Shown: positions 48,241 through 61,732 of the stretch, piece after piece
Layout of the letters: each line of letters begins with the position of its first letter
Numbering within the stretch: position 1 is the first letter of the stretch
Assembly (NCBI GenBank): GCA_965655095.1
Contig: OZ296659.1
Span: forward strand, 42,222,001-42,286,000
From: Haplodiscus bocki
Taxonomy: Eukaryota
DNA length: 64,000 bases
Reading direction: 5' to 3'
The notes under the pieces: model-generated
Told to the model about the DNA's origin: nothing
Database searches by the model: none
The model's input: only the letters and a program-made list of their open reading frames with translations
Made by a program: the position numbers and the translations under genes

Positions 48241-48872
48241 AATTTCCTTGACTACGCAGGACTAATTTAGCGGCGTGCTTCCCGAGATATTGCCGGACTT
48301 ACCTGCATTTGGTGGCAAAATAAGGTCGCAAACCAACAAAAAGTGAATTGCTTGTAAAGATATCCCAGACAATGACTATTTGCGATTTCCGGAAGTTTAG
48401 AAACTTCTACCTGTGCATCTCAGCAAAATTGTCTGAGAAATGACTAAGACTGAATGCTGTTTTACTATACCTCGCTAAAAGAAAACCATCAATTCATTCC
48501 AATGAATTGCCAAAAATTTGTTATGAAATGCGAATTAGTCGGCTTGTGAGAAAACTTACTTTTTGCAAGTTCAGCTGAGCTACTTTTGCAGTTGACTTCA
48601 ACTACTTTTTTGAAAACTTATTATCGTTGAATCATTTCTGGTTCAGCAAGTGACAGGCAATTTTTTTATGCAATTGCATCCATTTCAATCCAAATCTTTC
48701 TGTCACCTATTGAGGGAATTACAGTGGAGTTTCATCGTTCTGTAAAGTATCGTAATAACAGTGAAACATCTTCCAAGCCTTTCTTGGCCATGATATCGCA
48801 GCGGACACCTCTCGCTTTATGGTAAGTTAACGTTGAACCAGATGTTCATCTCGTGTCATTCCAAAATAATGT

Positions 48873-51275
48873 TGTCGCGGCGAATGTTGGGAGGATATTG
48901 GCGCTATCGACTAAAAGTGATATCTTGGAAAATAACGATGTTCAAGAAAATCTTTATCGCGTTACGCATAACGCTCAAACGTTAATTAATTAAAACATGA
49001 CTGATTAATTAAAGCTAACCTGTTGCGGGGCTGATGTTGGATTATAAAAATAAAAAAGCTGGAGAAACAAATAAACCAATGGAGTTGCATAAATAATTTT
49101 TTAGAAAAAATTCTAACGCGAGCTTTTTTCCTATTGGCTCCTGCTGCCAATCCATGGCTGTTACAAGCTTTTTTCCTATTGGTTGCATGAAACGGCAGCA
49201 TGCTGTTATTTTGGAGTCGATCTGGGAAACGGACTTGATCATAACTCGCTTTCCCGCTCAGCGGACGGGACTCCTTACTCCTCTTCTGACTTGCCTTACC
49301 TCTTACTTTACTCTTCTTCTCCCTTTTACTTGGACAAATTATTCTAAGTCCAACTCCCTTTCTCCCTTTTTCTTCTTGGACAGCAATTTTCTAAGTCCAA
49401 TTCCTCTTCTCTCTCCTCTTGGACGAAATTATTCTAAGTCCAACTTCAATTCTATAAAAATATTCTAAGACAATTCCAAATTCTGTCTTAGCCGCAATTT
49501 CACTTTCAATTCGCAAAAATATTCCAAGACAATCCTAAATTCTGTCTTAGCCGCAATTTCACTCCCACTTCGCAAAAATATTCTAAGACAATTCCAAATT
49601 CTGTCTTAGCCGCAATTTCACTTTCAATTTGCAAAAATATTCTAAGTCCCAATTTCCTTCTGACTTAGAAAAATTCCCTTCCTTTCACTTACCTTTAAAA
49701 TACTCTTGCCATCGGAGTCTAAACGGTGTCCACTGACGCTAGCTTCGGCATTGGCGTGTGCGGGTTCCGTGGATGAACTTATGTTCTGAAGCTTCAGTGG
49801 ATCTTAAATATGCACGACCCCCCACGAGGTTCTTAGGCAAAGAGAATTGACATTACTCATAGATCATTCTCACCTCGTCTGCTTCCATGGTCTTTAGAAT
49901 TTATTCTAAATTCCGAGTTATGGATTAAATACGCAGAAACCGTCACTTCCTGATTCCCATAATTCCATTCTTTGAGTTGATTTGAAATCTCCTACCCAAT
50001 TCTTTCGCAAGTCAGATCTAGAAGAGGAGAGTCCCTGAGTTATCAGCAGATCACCCAGCTCCATCGACGGTAACCGTTAGTTAAAGAGTTTCCTAGTTCA
50101 GACTGAGTGTATCTCTCTGATCAATTTTAATATTTCATAAATCCCTTCCGTAACTCCCGCTAGACAAAGTTCTCGGTTGGAAAGAAAGGGAACTAAGAGA
50201 ACATCATCAGGTTGCCGCCAAAACGCGAGCTTTACCTGAGTAACAGACAGAAATTAAAACAAATCCAGCCCCGCCAATAAATCCGGTGATTTATTCACGG
50301 TTTGGACAATCGGGAAATTAGGAGCACAACCAGTTGCTATGCTGACGCCAGTACTGAGTGTAGACAAAAATTATAGAGGTTATTTATGACATAACATTAA
50401 CTAACAAACTAGAAATAACAAAAATTTAAGCCCGACCCCCGAAAAACCGAAGCTAGAAAAGTAGAAGAACCAGACTCTTCTATCTAGCTCCAAACAACCA
50501 AAAAAAATTATTACCTCTCGCTGTAATTGATCCCAACAACAGTTTTTGGGAGTTTTTATTTTACATTTTTGTCAGTCAAAATTTGGATGTTTTTGATATT
50601 TTGGACTGATTTTATTTATACTCAAAATCTTAGAGATTTTATGAATTTCAATATTATATCTTGATCGTTGTATAATCGGCGATCTTCATTTCTTTTAGAT
50701 AATTACATTTCTTGAATCTTCTGTTGAGTTGATAGTTGAATTTATACTTGTTGGCGCTATTTATAATAAAGGGATTTAATGGTGAATTGTATAAGGGAAA
50801 TGTTTTGTAAATTTGTATCTCAATAACAAATTTCTGTTACTGCTGCTAAAATAATTCAAAGGGAGACTGAAATTTCCTTCGTTCCCACTTCTGCTACTAT
50901 CGCTAATGCGTGATTCATTTTCCATTAGCGCAGTTCTTTCATTTCCCATTTGATTATATTTGCTTCCCCGGTTGACTGAATAATTGATTATTTCACTTTC
51001 TATTTTCCCTCCATCGCTCATAAAGTCCTTGCTTTGAACTTACACAATTTTTGTTCGCGAGGCCTGCAAGGCACCTGAAAGTAGATCAATAAAAGCCCCT
51101 GAGATTTATTTCCATTAAACAAAACAACTGCTGCGGCGCCACCGCTGTATTGATCTAGACAACAAAAGGAACGCTAATCACCTGCAGCACTTAGCGAGAA
51201 AGAAAACTGGAACTAGAAAAAGAACTAAATTCAAGCATTAGTAATATAGCGTTCCCCCCTACTCGGCCTGCGACA
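48873..51275. mobile_element. ~2.4 kb solo-LTR-like element, copy B
   Basis: Perfect 6-bp inverted termini TGTCGC (48873) and GCGACA (51275); 2403 bp vs 2379 bp for copy A; colinear similarity to 1165-3543; two ATTGG (CCAAT) boxes near 49133 and 49178; AATAAA at 51088; TSD not preserved. Confidence 0.72.
49440..49665 (+). repeat. Near-perfect ~59 bp tandem array inside copy B
   Basis: 'gacaattccaaattctgtcttagccgcaatttcactttcaattcgcaaaaatattctaa' repeated three times plus partial units. Confidence 0.85.
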
Positions 51276-52631
51276 TCTTGATTCGAGTGAATACGTTGAG
51301 TAAATTCTTCATTGTTTCGTGGAAGGATGTTTTAAATCGCTCGGAGAAGGAAACAGGGAACTGAAACGGTCTAATAGTTTCTCTACTGTTTCCTGTCAAC
51401 TATTCTAACACATTCTGACTGAAAGAAAGAATGTGTATTCGAACCAGCCTATGGTTAATTTTTTTATCCATGCATTTTTCAGAAGTTTTTTTAACTTGCA
51501 TTTTCTGACGTCATAAGAGAGGTTAGTCATCTGCTGTAAATGGTCAAAAACGGCCTATTTTTGGCAAGTACTTGTTTATTTTCATGTTTTTTATTGTGCA
51601 AACTTCTTGAATATTGGGCGGGATATGGCGTAACCTGAAAGGACGTAATTGACATATTAAATTTTCGAGTGGTCAGCTAAAGTGCAATAGATGCGTTCTC
51701 AAACAGGAACGAACCAAAAAAACTCATACGAGCAAAGATATTTTTCCTTGCGATAGACAGGCGCGTGATTAGCTCTGAATTTACAGAAAACGAAATTCAT
51801 AAAGCCTCGGATATCGTACCGTAGGGGATTATATTCATATGCTATGTCGTTGAACCAAAAGTTTGCAGTGATATTCAAGATGCACTCTATGAGATGTCCT
51901 GTGACTGAAGACAAAATAATGCATGACCCACTACAATAACTCAAATACGGCTTTTCAAATACGGCTTTTGATCAGTTTACACCTTGGTAAAAAGTTCATT
52001 TTTTTCTCAAATAAGGGTATCCAGTGGAAAAACCACAATCATATTTCTAACAGGACAAACATTTCTCAAATTTCATCCATCATAATACTCGATATTGTTA
52101 CTCATACAACATAGAGCACGCACGTTACAAAAACTGAACGGAACTTTGAAGACTGGCATATTTTTCTATGCTGCATGAACGTGTGCGGGCAAGAAATTTA
52201 TAGAACATAGACAAATCAGACATATTCAACATACCCGAATTTTGAAGGTTTTAAATGCTGCAGAAAAGTTTGTTCAGGTTTCCGATAAAAATTATATAGG
52301 TGCGGATTATGCCAGTCAAACCCGATTCGACTTTGAGTAGTATAATCCTCACTCATATCAACGTACCACAGGAATTATAAAAAAATGTTTGACTCACCCG
52401 TTTTCTCTCCATCACATGAAAAACGTAATTGGACTAAGCATGGATGCATGAAAGCGTGTATATATAATTCCACATTTATGTGAACAAAGAATTGAGAAGA
52501 AAAATTGCACCTGTACCTTCTTACGTTTGAGCGATACTGAAAAAAATCACCACCACCACACACCAACAATGTGTATATACCACCACGAAGATGGAAGTAT
52601 ACCATGTATACATGCATGCCGGCTCGGCCGA

Positions 52632-52657
52632 CCGTGCGCAAAGCGCACAGGAACTAG
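52632..52657 (+). mobile_element. Helitron-type 3' terminus
   Basis: Hairpin GTGCGC-AAA-GCGCAC (52634-52648), then CTAG (52654-52657) and T; the 5' TC end was not located. Confidence 0.6.
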
Positions 52658-53769
52658 TTTTTCTCTTTTTTTTCGTCTTCTATAGCTGATTGGTATATGC
52701 AAAAGTGACATTGACTAAAGTTAAGGCAGTGCTTGCATAGTCGTAGTGTTTGTGGTTCACTACTTCAACGTCCCACTTTCTATGTTGTGCAATCGCCATG
52801 AAGCTAAAAGAGGAACTGTCTATATCATGTTGGTTGAAAAAGATGACTTGTTCGATGGAAAAACATCGACAGGAATGTCACTCGAAGACAGTTGAAAAGC
52901 TAGACATGAAAGTTGGCCAGTGATATTTTTTGTTTGTGGTTGAAAAAAAGTATGTACAGTGTGTACTGTCAGCTTCACTGGTACATAGTTCTTTAACGAT
53001 ATCTCCAAGAACATTTTTCCGATTGATGTCAACTAAAAGCTGGCGTAAACTTCATTGATTTAGAAATTTCTTTTCGAGACAAAAGTTGTACCAAATAGCA
53101 CTTGCCATCTTATCATTATAAAAACATGACTTATCATCTCACCATGGTATACACAGAAGTTGTCGATTTCGATTGAACTCAAAAGCTCGTAGTGTTTTTA
53201 GTCTACCCTGAACTTTTGAGTTTCGTATATACCACAGTTTTTGAGAAAAGTTTTTTTGATGACAATCAAAGGAGTAAAAGGTAAATAAAGACCGCTCAAA
53301 ATGAAACTTTCCAATTTTTACATTAAAACTTTCCCACGGTCACTTAAACTTAAAAAAATTACGAAATCAATGAATTTCTGAGCTACAGCACATATAGTAT
53401 ATTGTTAAAAGCCCTTGAAAAGGGCTATTCATAGGTAATGTTTTCTGAAACATTAGTTGAAATATAATACCATCAAAAACCGGGAACTAACCTTGAAACA
53501 CAGCATGTCAATGAAACTCTTTTAGTGATAGTGACATTTTTTGTACCGTTGAAAATGTCTTGGAAAATGCCAGTCAATGGTAAATTTTTCAAAAAAGGTT
53601 TCCCTAAGCTAACCTCAAACTTGGTATGTCAATGAAACTTTTTTTTATTAAAAGGACATATTATACACTGTGCACAAGCACTTGTTGATATTTGTGTGAA
53701 TGTGTTTAATAACATGAACTTTGAGTTCCGAAAAAATTGTTTTTTTAACTAAAGTCATAAAAGACGACA

Positions 53770-56700
53770 GTGTTATCTTGAAATCTCTCTTTTATATCTC
53801 TTTAATTATGAATTTATTAGACCAGAAGTTGATTAGTTTTTTGTTTTTATTCTTTTCAACCGACGTACATCCGACTAAGATATATTTATCGATTTTATCT
53901 GTTTTAATTTGTTCGAATCCAAGAACATATATCTCGTTATATTCAGGAATTTCCTCATATTTCGTGTTAGAAGTAATTTCAATCATTTTACGTATCCTCT
54001 CAAAACGTCTTTTCACAGCCAATTGACCATCTTCTTTCATCAAAAATTCTCTTGCAGATTCAAAATCAATATTAGTCTGCTTAGGTTCGTATTCGTCTAT
54101 ATAATAACAAAGCAATTGATGAAACTCATTTGCAGGTTTTCATTTTAAAATGTTAATTCAGGTAGAATATGTTTTCTTTGGCTTATTAGGTTTAATCACG
54201 ATTTGCAAGCTCTCTCCATTTCGCTTTTGCAACAATTGATTTTACGTTTAATAACGCAATCACCACACTTTAATTCATTTTTACAATCTAAACATTCTTG
54301 TTTCAGTTGTGGTATTTTAATTCCTTCAAATGATTTTGTCCAATCGATTGAAAATGTACCAGAAAATGTCTCTCCCTGTGATAGTGAAATAAATTCATTC
54401 AGGTATATCATTCTATGTCCTTTGTTGTATCCTTTGAAAGTTCTTTTAGCCAAATAAACACCAAAATCATCAATCCCTAATTAATAACTTATCTTTGGAG
54501 CTAGAAACAATGCTTAAAAAATGTCCGAATTACCGTATTCATTGTTACCTAAAACAAGAGATTTACCAACGAATCCATCATCAATCAGGTCAGACCAGTA
54601 TTTGTTTTGTATATACAGAGAATCGGTATCGGTTTAGTAAATACTATTTTTATAGAAACCACCTATTTGCTTAATGACAGTGTTCATCAACCTCTTACTA
54701 CGTGAAAAAATAAAACTACCAAGAAGACATGGCATGGTGTTTATTGATTTAGCCTTGTCATAGCCATCAACTCTTTTATCGTTTTCTAATTTAACTATTG
54801 ATTTACCGTTTTTCAAAGGAAACCATTCTTTTACCCTATCATCAAAAATCTCTCTCATCCAAGTCTCCGTAACACATTTATAATTCTTGTTTATATCTTT
54901 TCTAATAATACCACCGTAGATTGAAAATGCAATCTTTTCAACCAAGTTCTGAAGTAAATCTTTTTCTTCTGATTTTTATAAATCTCTTTTCTCAAACATA
55001 ACAATAAAATTTATGTATAAGGATTATATTCAAAGTTATGACAGAAAAATCCTTCGAATACCTCCAAAATAACACCACCGCATATAACTATTTCAACAAT
55101 GTCAACAATCGTCAAGGTATCTATTATTACACCATTTCTCACTCTAATAGCTTCTTCTAATCTATTGATTTTGTATGGGTTCCTAATTTTTTCCTTTACA
55201 GTGAGGTGTTGGAAAACTAAATTCTCACGGTTCTGATATTTCACAGTTAGAAAAGCACATCTGTTCAGTTCATTTGATCTTCCACTCTTAAACAAACTAC
55301 AAGCTGCATCACTCATATAATTGTTAGGCGGATAAGCTGTTTCTATTTTTGGCCAAGTACAATTTAAATCTATCTGAGCATTAGAACTTGAACTGTTAAA
55401 AACATCTGATTCTAACAAATCATACTTATCTATAAATTGTAGTTCTTTAGTAAATTCCAATTCTCCGTGTTATTTTTCTGGAAACTTACCTAATTCTTTC
55501 TTGTTTGTTTTTCGATAGCCTTTTTCAACAAATTCAAATTGTCATTTATATTTTTCACCTTTAGTCTTAACATATTTCAAATACTCATCAACTATATTTG
55601 AAATTTCAATATCATTTTTTTATTATGTTTTTTTTGCTTTTAGTATTTCCTCACAGTGGTTTGATTCAGAGTACCTGTTTAAGCCACACACCCTTCATCT
55701 TTCGATTGATTTATGTATAAAATCACTAATATATTTATCTTTAGAAGTGCATATTTCGCGATCTTTGTTATAAATTCCAAAGCGTTCCCATCCCATATTA
55801 GTTTCTGTTAAACACTCTTTAAGCCCTATTTTAGTTTTTTTCCATCTCTAAAGCATGCTTGGCATAAATAACGGCTAAACATAAAACATCTGACTTACGA
55901 TATTGTTCCCAAATTTGTCTCAACTCTTTATATTTATACTTAGTGATTTCTGATTGGTTGATTTCTCCTTTAAGAAACTCTGATTGAAAGCCATATTCTC
56001 ATCTAACTGTATCCGAAGAACCAGATATATGCGATCGTGTAGTTGTAAATGTGACGTATTGGGGTACTTCAACGGATCTAACTACTTTAACACCACACCC
56101 AAATGATAATGATATCAAACCTGTAACACTTCTTATAAATTTTAAACATCTTACCTCCCTATCCAATGAATTCAAAACCACCCAACTATCAAAACTACCA
56201 CTGTTATGGGCTAGTAATAAATTTTCGTACCAACTAACCGGCTCATCTCAATCTTTATCGATATAAGTTCCCTCATCCCCATCGTAATCCTCTGAATTAC
56301 ATTTAGGCACATTCATAACAGGATTCCCAGATGTTTTATTAAAACCATTTATTTTTTCACTTTCAATCTGTTTTCCATTACAAGTTAATTATCTATCCCA
56401 CTTATCTCGTCAGCCATTCACTTTATAGAAATCGGATGCATATGCTTCTGCAATATCTTGATCGTTCAGTGTTTCTAAATCAAACATGAACACGTTTTCT
56501 AATTGATCTATTGTTTCATGGTTAAGAAATCTATAGCGAATTCTCTGAACTAAATTATCTTCGTACATCTTTTTTTGATAAATCGGGAATTTTCTTTTTT
56601 TGCTTCCACCCCTTTAAGTGAACTATTTTTTGTTTTTTTTTCTTCCAAATGACACAAAAATGAAAATGATTTTAACGAACGTATAAACATTTATTTCTTC

Positions 56701-57643
56701 GATTAACAGATCTAGGTGGTAGTTCTTTGCTTTTAACATCATAATTTCCAAAATCTGTTTCGTATCTTTCACAAAAATCTGGTATTCTACAACGAGTCAT
56801 AACATTACTTTTCTTATTTGATTGAAATATTTTTTGGTAAAATCTCTTTTGAAAAAATATTTAATAAATTTGAGAAATCATCCGTATCGACTGAGTATAA
56901 AACAGTTTTCTCCTTCATATTCCAAAATCGTGTTCAATTCGTTGGAACATCTTCCATGTTCTGCCCTCTTTATAGGTTTAAGTTTTCTAAAATACCTATA
57001 AGTAATACCTGTATAATGTAAAGAAGGATGGTCGTCAAATTTGTCAAGTACTTTGTCTATGAATTTTGTCAATTCACGAAAAAATAAAAAAGTTCCGATC
57101 ACTCCTTTGTCACCTTGAGTGAAATAACCTTCCGTAAAAAAAATTTTTTATTCTTTCCATTTCTTCTATGAGAGTGTTTACTGGTAATTTATTGTATATA
57201 ATCTTGTTTTCTTCTGCTAATTCCAAAAAAACCGAGATCTATCTCTTTTTCTTCTTTTTGTATTTCAACATATTCTGTAAAATCAGACTCGTTTTTTTAG
57301 GTGAGTTCTTGAAAGTTTTTCGTAGTTCTTTTATCTTAAGTTTTTTTGACTAAAATAGATCGTCCATTTCTAATACACTCTGCTTTAGTCTTTCCACTTT
57401 GTTTATAAATATGTTTTTCAAATCTTTTTATTCATTCAATCTCAAAGAAAGTTCACTATAATTTGTGTTTATTTTGCATTCTTTTTCTTAATTTTTTCTA
57501 ATTGTTCTAATTTCGCTATCTATGCCATCTATTTCCTCAATTTCTTTTGTATATTATCTTCTAATTTTCTAATTTCTTTTTCCAATAATGTTTTGCGTCC
57601 TATTTTTTCTTCAATTGTTTGTTGTATGAAACATAGTGATCCA
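53770..57643 (-). pseudogene. Protein-primed family B DNA polymerase (pPolB) with N-terminal extension; the distal ~400 bp may be a separate small ORF
   Basis: ExoI 'VFMFDLET' (~56470-56495), ExoII 'AHNSGSFDSW' (~56180-56212), ExoIII 'YRKSDV', eroded motif A 'DVFNSSSSNAQ', motif B 'KIAFSIYGG' (~54915-54940), motif C 'Y*TDTDSLY' (~54613-54639), 'FLAPK'. Confidence 0.9.
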
Positions 57644-57703
57644 TTTTTCAGGGACCAGTTTTATTGCAATAAAAAACCTTTCCAATGAAAACATGTTAAA
57701 TAA

Positions 57704-57993
57704 ATGGATAGTAAAAGCTGTAGCATTTGTAATATAGAAAAGCAAATAAAAATTTTTTGCAAAAACTATGCGGAGTGTAAAGATTGTAATAGCAAAAGAT
57801 GGTTAAAACGTTACTATGAAAACCAAAGTAAAATATCAAACCAACGAAATATATAATATGAAAAAAGTAAAGATAAATTATTACAACAACAAAACGATAG
57901 ATATATACCTGTTAAAAAATTAGTTAAATCCTATGTTTAACTAGATAACATGTTAAAAGCCATGGCAGAAAATCTAAAAATTGTTTTTCTATA
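57704..57993 (+). pseudogene. Small Polinton Cys4 zinc-finger ORF (CSIC...CKDC), interrupted
   Basis: MDSKSCSICNIEK...ECKDCNSKR..RYYENQ, with in-frame stops downstream. Confidence 0.6.
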
Positions 57994-57994
57994 A

Positions 57995-58840
57995 ATAACT
58001 CAGAAAACAATCTTTTTTTAATAACGAAATTTACTCTAAAGGATCAAAAGAGAACTATTTCACTAACAAAATTGATATTTACCATATTGTTGATAAATGA
58101 AGGTTAGTTATATTAAGATGAATAGATTACGGTCCTAGAAACAATAGAAGATATAGATAAATTTTAGTTGTGATTGATACTTTTAGCAAATTTTGTTGGA
58201 CAGTTCCTCTCAAAAACAAAAATGCTCATACAACAAAAGACACTTTTGAAAAAACTCCTGTAGGCTCAAAAGTATCTCCCAATTTGATTGAAACAAACCG
58301 TGGAAAAGAATTTTTCGGCAAAAGTTTCACTTATTTTTCAAATCGAGACAATATTAAAAGATATAGTCGTTATATTTCCTTGGGAGCGGTTTTTGCAGAA
58401 AGGCTTAATCGTACTATCAGACATCTTCTTAAAAAAGCCGTTTTTGAAAGAGGAGATAAAATTTGGAATGTTGTATTACCCACACCAACGAAACATTATA
58501 TTATTAGAATTCATTCTTCTACAAATTGACGCCAAATCAAGCTTCTTTAAAAAAGAATGAAAGATATGTTTACTAAAACTTATTACACAAACGAACGAAG
58601 AAAACTAAAGTTTAAAATTGACAACCTCGTCAGAACAACAGACTTAAAAAAGCGTTCTCAGGGGACTTTTAATTAATTGGTCAAATTTATTGTAAAAATT
58701 GCTGAAATTGTTATTGATACAGTACCGAGTTATTCCAATGACGATTTACCAGAAAGATATAATGAAACTTCAGCGAAAAACAAAAACTTAACATTCAAAG
58801 ACAATGACACTGTCTTTAAAAAATATGAAATCACTAAGAA
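57995..58840 (+). pseudogene. Retroviral-like (RVE) integrase of the Polinton
   Basis: 'ILVVIDTFSKFCWTVPLKNK', 'PNLIETNRGKEF' (catalytic D read as N), 'AERLNRTIR'; stops and frameshifts on both sides. Confidence 0.9.
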
Positions 58841-58844
58841 CTAA

Positions 58845-60125
58845 ATCACATTGCTTTTTTCCGTAACTGCTTACCGACACTAATTTATTCATTAAAAGAA
58901 GAGCATAACCAATTAAGTTTGTTGCTGCTGGAACGACTGGTCTTAAATCAAACCTTACTTTGATGGGTTGAGCAGATCTATAATCTTGATGATGACCAAA
59001 ACCAAAAAAGAAATAAATTAAAACTGGGATTACCTTTTGGATAGTTCTTAGATGCTGTGAAAACGTTTTGTGTAATATATGGTTGTAAAATAGTATCTTC
59101 AGCTAAATGCCTGAAACAGGAAGCAATTTTTCCATATACTTGTGAATAGTTATCAATAGCATAAGTACAAGTTATCCTACCGTCTGGTTATTTTTCACTT
59201 CCAATAATAAATTGAGCACTTACTAAACTTCGTCTTTAAAATGTATCATTATTTTGATGTTGTTGATTGAATTGATCTTTTTGCATGAATGTTTCTATTA
59301 GGTTAATAGGAATATCAATACGATCTCCGACACCAAGCTCATAAGTCCAGTTATTTTCAGCAATTATATCTTTCAAACAACATGATCTTATATTGTATGA
59401 CATTTCCGTCGCAGCTCTAGATACAAAATGCTCCAACATTAGTTTTTGATTTGATTTTTTTGGAGTACACCGCGGGACAAACAGACTTTTGTCATTTATA
59501 GTATTTCTTACTGCCCAAGCAAAATTTGCTGCATCCTTAGCTGCTGCCGGATGAGATTAATACATAATTAACACTATTTTTGTATTGTTTATTTATAACC
59601 CAAGCCGTAGGTCCATTTATCTCGATGCTCTGCAAAACCGAAAATATATTTTAAACAAATTCTAACATGAAAATTTCCTTTAGTCATCGTTTTAGTAGTT
59701 AATTTTCTTTCTCGAGCTTTAATACTTCGATGAAAACCGGTTGTTAAATCGTCACTATCTCTGCGACTTGTTTTTAATTTTTACACTCAACAAATAACAT
59801 GACCATTGTCAATTTCCTCTACTTCCTTCCCACTAGAGCTCGTCAATATAGATTTAATAAATAAAGCAAAAGGACCTAATGTTAGTACTCTTTTTCGATC
59901 ACCATCTGCATACCGAGCATGAGCACCAGCTTTATGAGTTACATTAAAGTCTATTTCAAGATAACTTTTTTTCAGAGGAAGAGCACTATCTTCTTTAGGT
60001 ATATCAAAAAAAAACTTTTTCCTCCAATGAAAAGATTTAACGAAGTTGGAGTATAACGAATATAATCATATTTGAGAATGGGTCCGTCAACAGCATATTT
60101 TTGTGATTGGTTAATTATTTTTATA
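58845..60125 (-). pseudogene. Major capsid protein (double jelly-roll, hexon-like)
   Basis: Fragments 'ILKYDYIRYTP', 'IPKEDSA...SYLEIDFNVTH', 'IFGFAEH...TYGLGYK', 'WTYELG...DIPI', 'AQFIIGSEK*P...YSQVYG.I'; position next to the integrase and ~430-codon size fit a Polinton MCP. Confidence 0.75.
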
Positions 60126-60251
60126 GATGAAAAAATTACGTTACTTCAAAGAAGATCTGCTAATTCAGCGAATATAATCAGATTTGAAAAATAAACGTAT
60201 CTTACATAGGATTAAAAGTTTTTGATTTTTTTCGTTTAGAGGGGGAGCAAT

Positions 60252-61036
60252 TTACATGTATTCTAATAAGTTATCAATTAAAGCAAGAATTTCTTTATCA
60301 AATTTGTTTGTATCATTTCCAGCTTGTTTTTCCTGGATTATCAAGCACAATCTATCAGATAAATGTTTTGGATTTTCTAAAAGTAAAGAGTTTCTCCCTG
60401 ATCTTTTTAACCCAGATGCATTTATAACTCTTTTATTAAAATAGTTTTTTATGAGATTTCTATGTCTCAAACTTTTGCCTCGAGCTTGTATATCTTAACT
60501 GATTTCAACCATAAAACTGATAATCAGTTTTGCATCCGGTGAATCTGATGTTTTAAATCTATAGTCAGTAACCAATTTCAGAATATCCCCTCTCACGGTG
60601 AAAACTTTACCTCATTTTTCTCTAAAACTAACTTATCATCCTGTATTGTAACTTTTGCTCCATTCATTACAAACTCTTTCCAATTGGCGCTATCAGGATC
60701 ATCATACAATTGAAATTGACTTTAATTTGTTGGTACTAAGAGCCTTGCTATGGGTGTAATCAAACTAGAATTAATTACTCCATTTTTATTCAAAAATTCT
60801 AAAGCCTTTACATGAACATTTGATTCATCCAGTGCCTCCATGGCTTTTCTTGTGGACTTAGTCTCCTCATGTATTTTTTGACTTGTATCTGTAACTGTTT
60901 TAGTTATCGGTTCAAGTAGTTTTTTTATATCTAAATGAAAACATTGTTTACCTATTTTTTCAACCAATCTATTTTGTTTTACTTTTGACTGTAGATCTGC
61001 CAATTCTTCTAAGTCCTTTATATCATCTTTTTTCAT
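60252..61036 (-). pseudogene. Conserved Polinton hypothetical ORF (coiled-coil N-terminus; C-terminal 'DRL.LIIQEKQAGN' motif)
   Basis: ORF fragments 60722-61036 and 60252-60470; the C-terminal motif is one I recognise from Polinton ORFs, function uncertain. Confidence 0.6.
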
Positions 61037-61049
61037 GTGAATATATAAT

Positions 61050-61690
61050 ATTTATAGATGAAAGAACAAAATGCTTTCGTCTCAGGGGTGCATTCAAGAA
61101 AACGTTTTCAATACAACTACGTATAATGTGCCTATCGTCTCCTATGTTATCGAATCTGTCTATTTGTAAAACTTCATACCCATTTTCCCAAGCCTTATGA
61201 CAAAGTTGTTTCCATTCTTGTGAACTCATATCTAATCCTGCTATATCATGAAATAGTAGTATGATATCCTCTGGAGTTTGTTTAATTAAAAAAATATATT
61301 AGAATTGTTACGAATTGTACCATTTGGCAGGTGAAAAAAGCTTTGAGATATCTAATAAAAATCAATTTTACAGTGTCGTCCTTTTGTAAATAACAAACCA
61401 GTTTTGCCTGTTGTTTGATAGCAAAATATCGTCAAAAACACAATTCGAAAATCCTATCGATAGGTCCCGATTGTTAACGTTCTTGTTAACATTTTTGATT
61501 TTTGGTTGTTGATTTTGGAATAAGATGTTATTATTGTTGTTTTTTTTCCTTTTAATGTAACAAGTTTTGCAAACAATTCTATGTTTCTTGTTTTTATTTG
61601 AATCTATCTTCCTGTTACATGCAGTATAATTTCGATCAATTCAAATTAGAGAACATTTCACTTTTCAATATATAGAAGAGTGCTCATCAT
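61050..61690 (-). pseudogene. A32/FtsK-like genome-packaging ATPase with an internal deletion
   Basis: Walker B 'VFDD', 'FTKGRH', 'SQSFFHLP..TIRNNSN', 'DIAGLDMS..EWKQLC..AW'; Walker A is cut at 'IGFSNC' and runs directly into 'VFDD'. Confidence 0.85.
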
Positions 61691-61732
61691 ATCAAAAGCA
61701 GAAGAGTTCTCTTTGCATTAAACAGAACAATT

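Noticed and set aside
1165-51275. Copies A and B as the terminal inverted repeats of a single 50 kb element
   Set aside because: Copy A has its own TSD on both sides, the copies are strongly diverged, and ordinary host exons lie between them.
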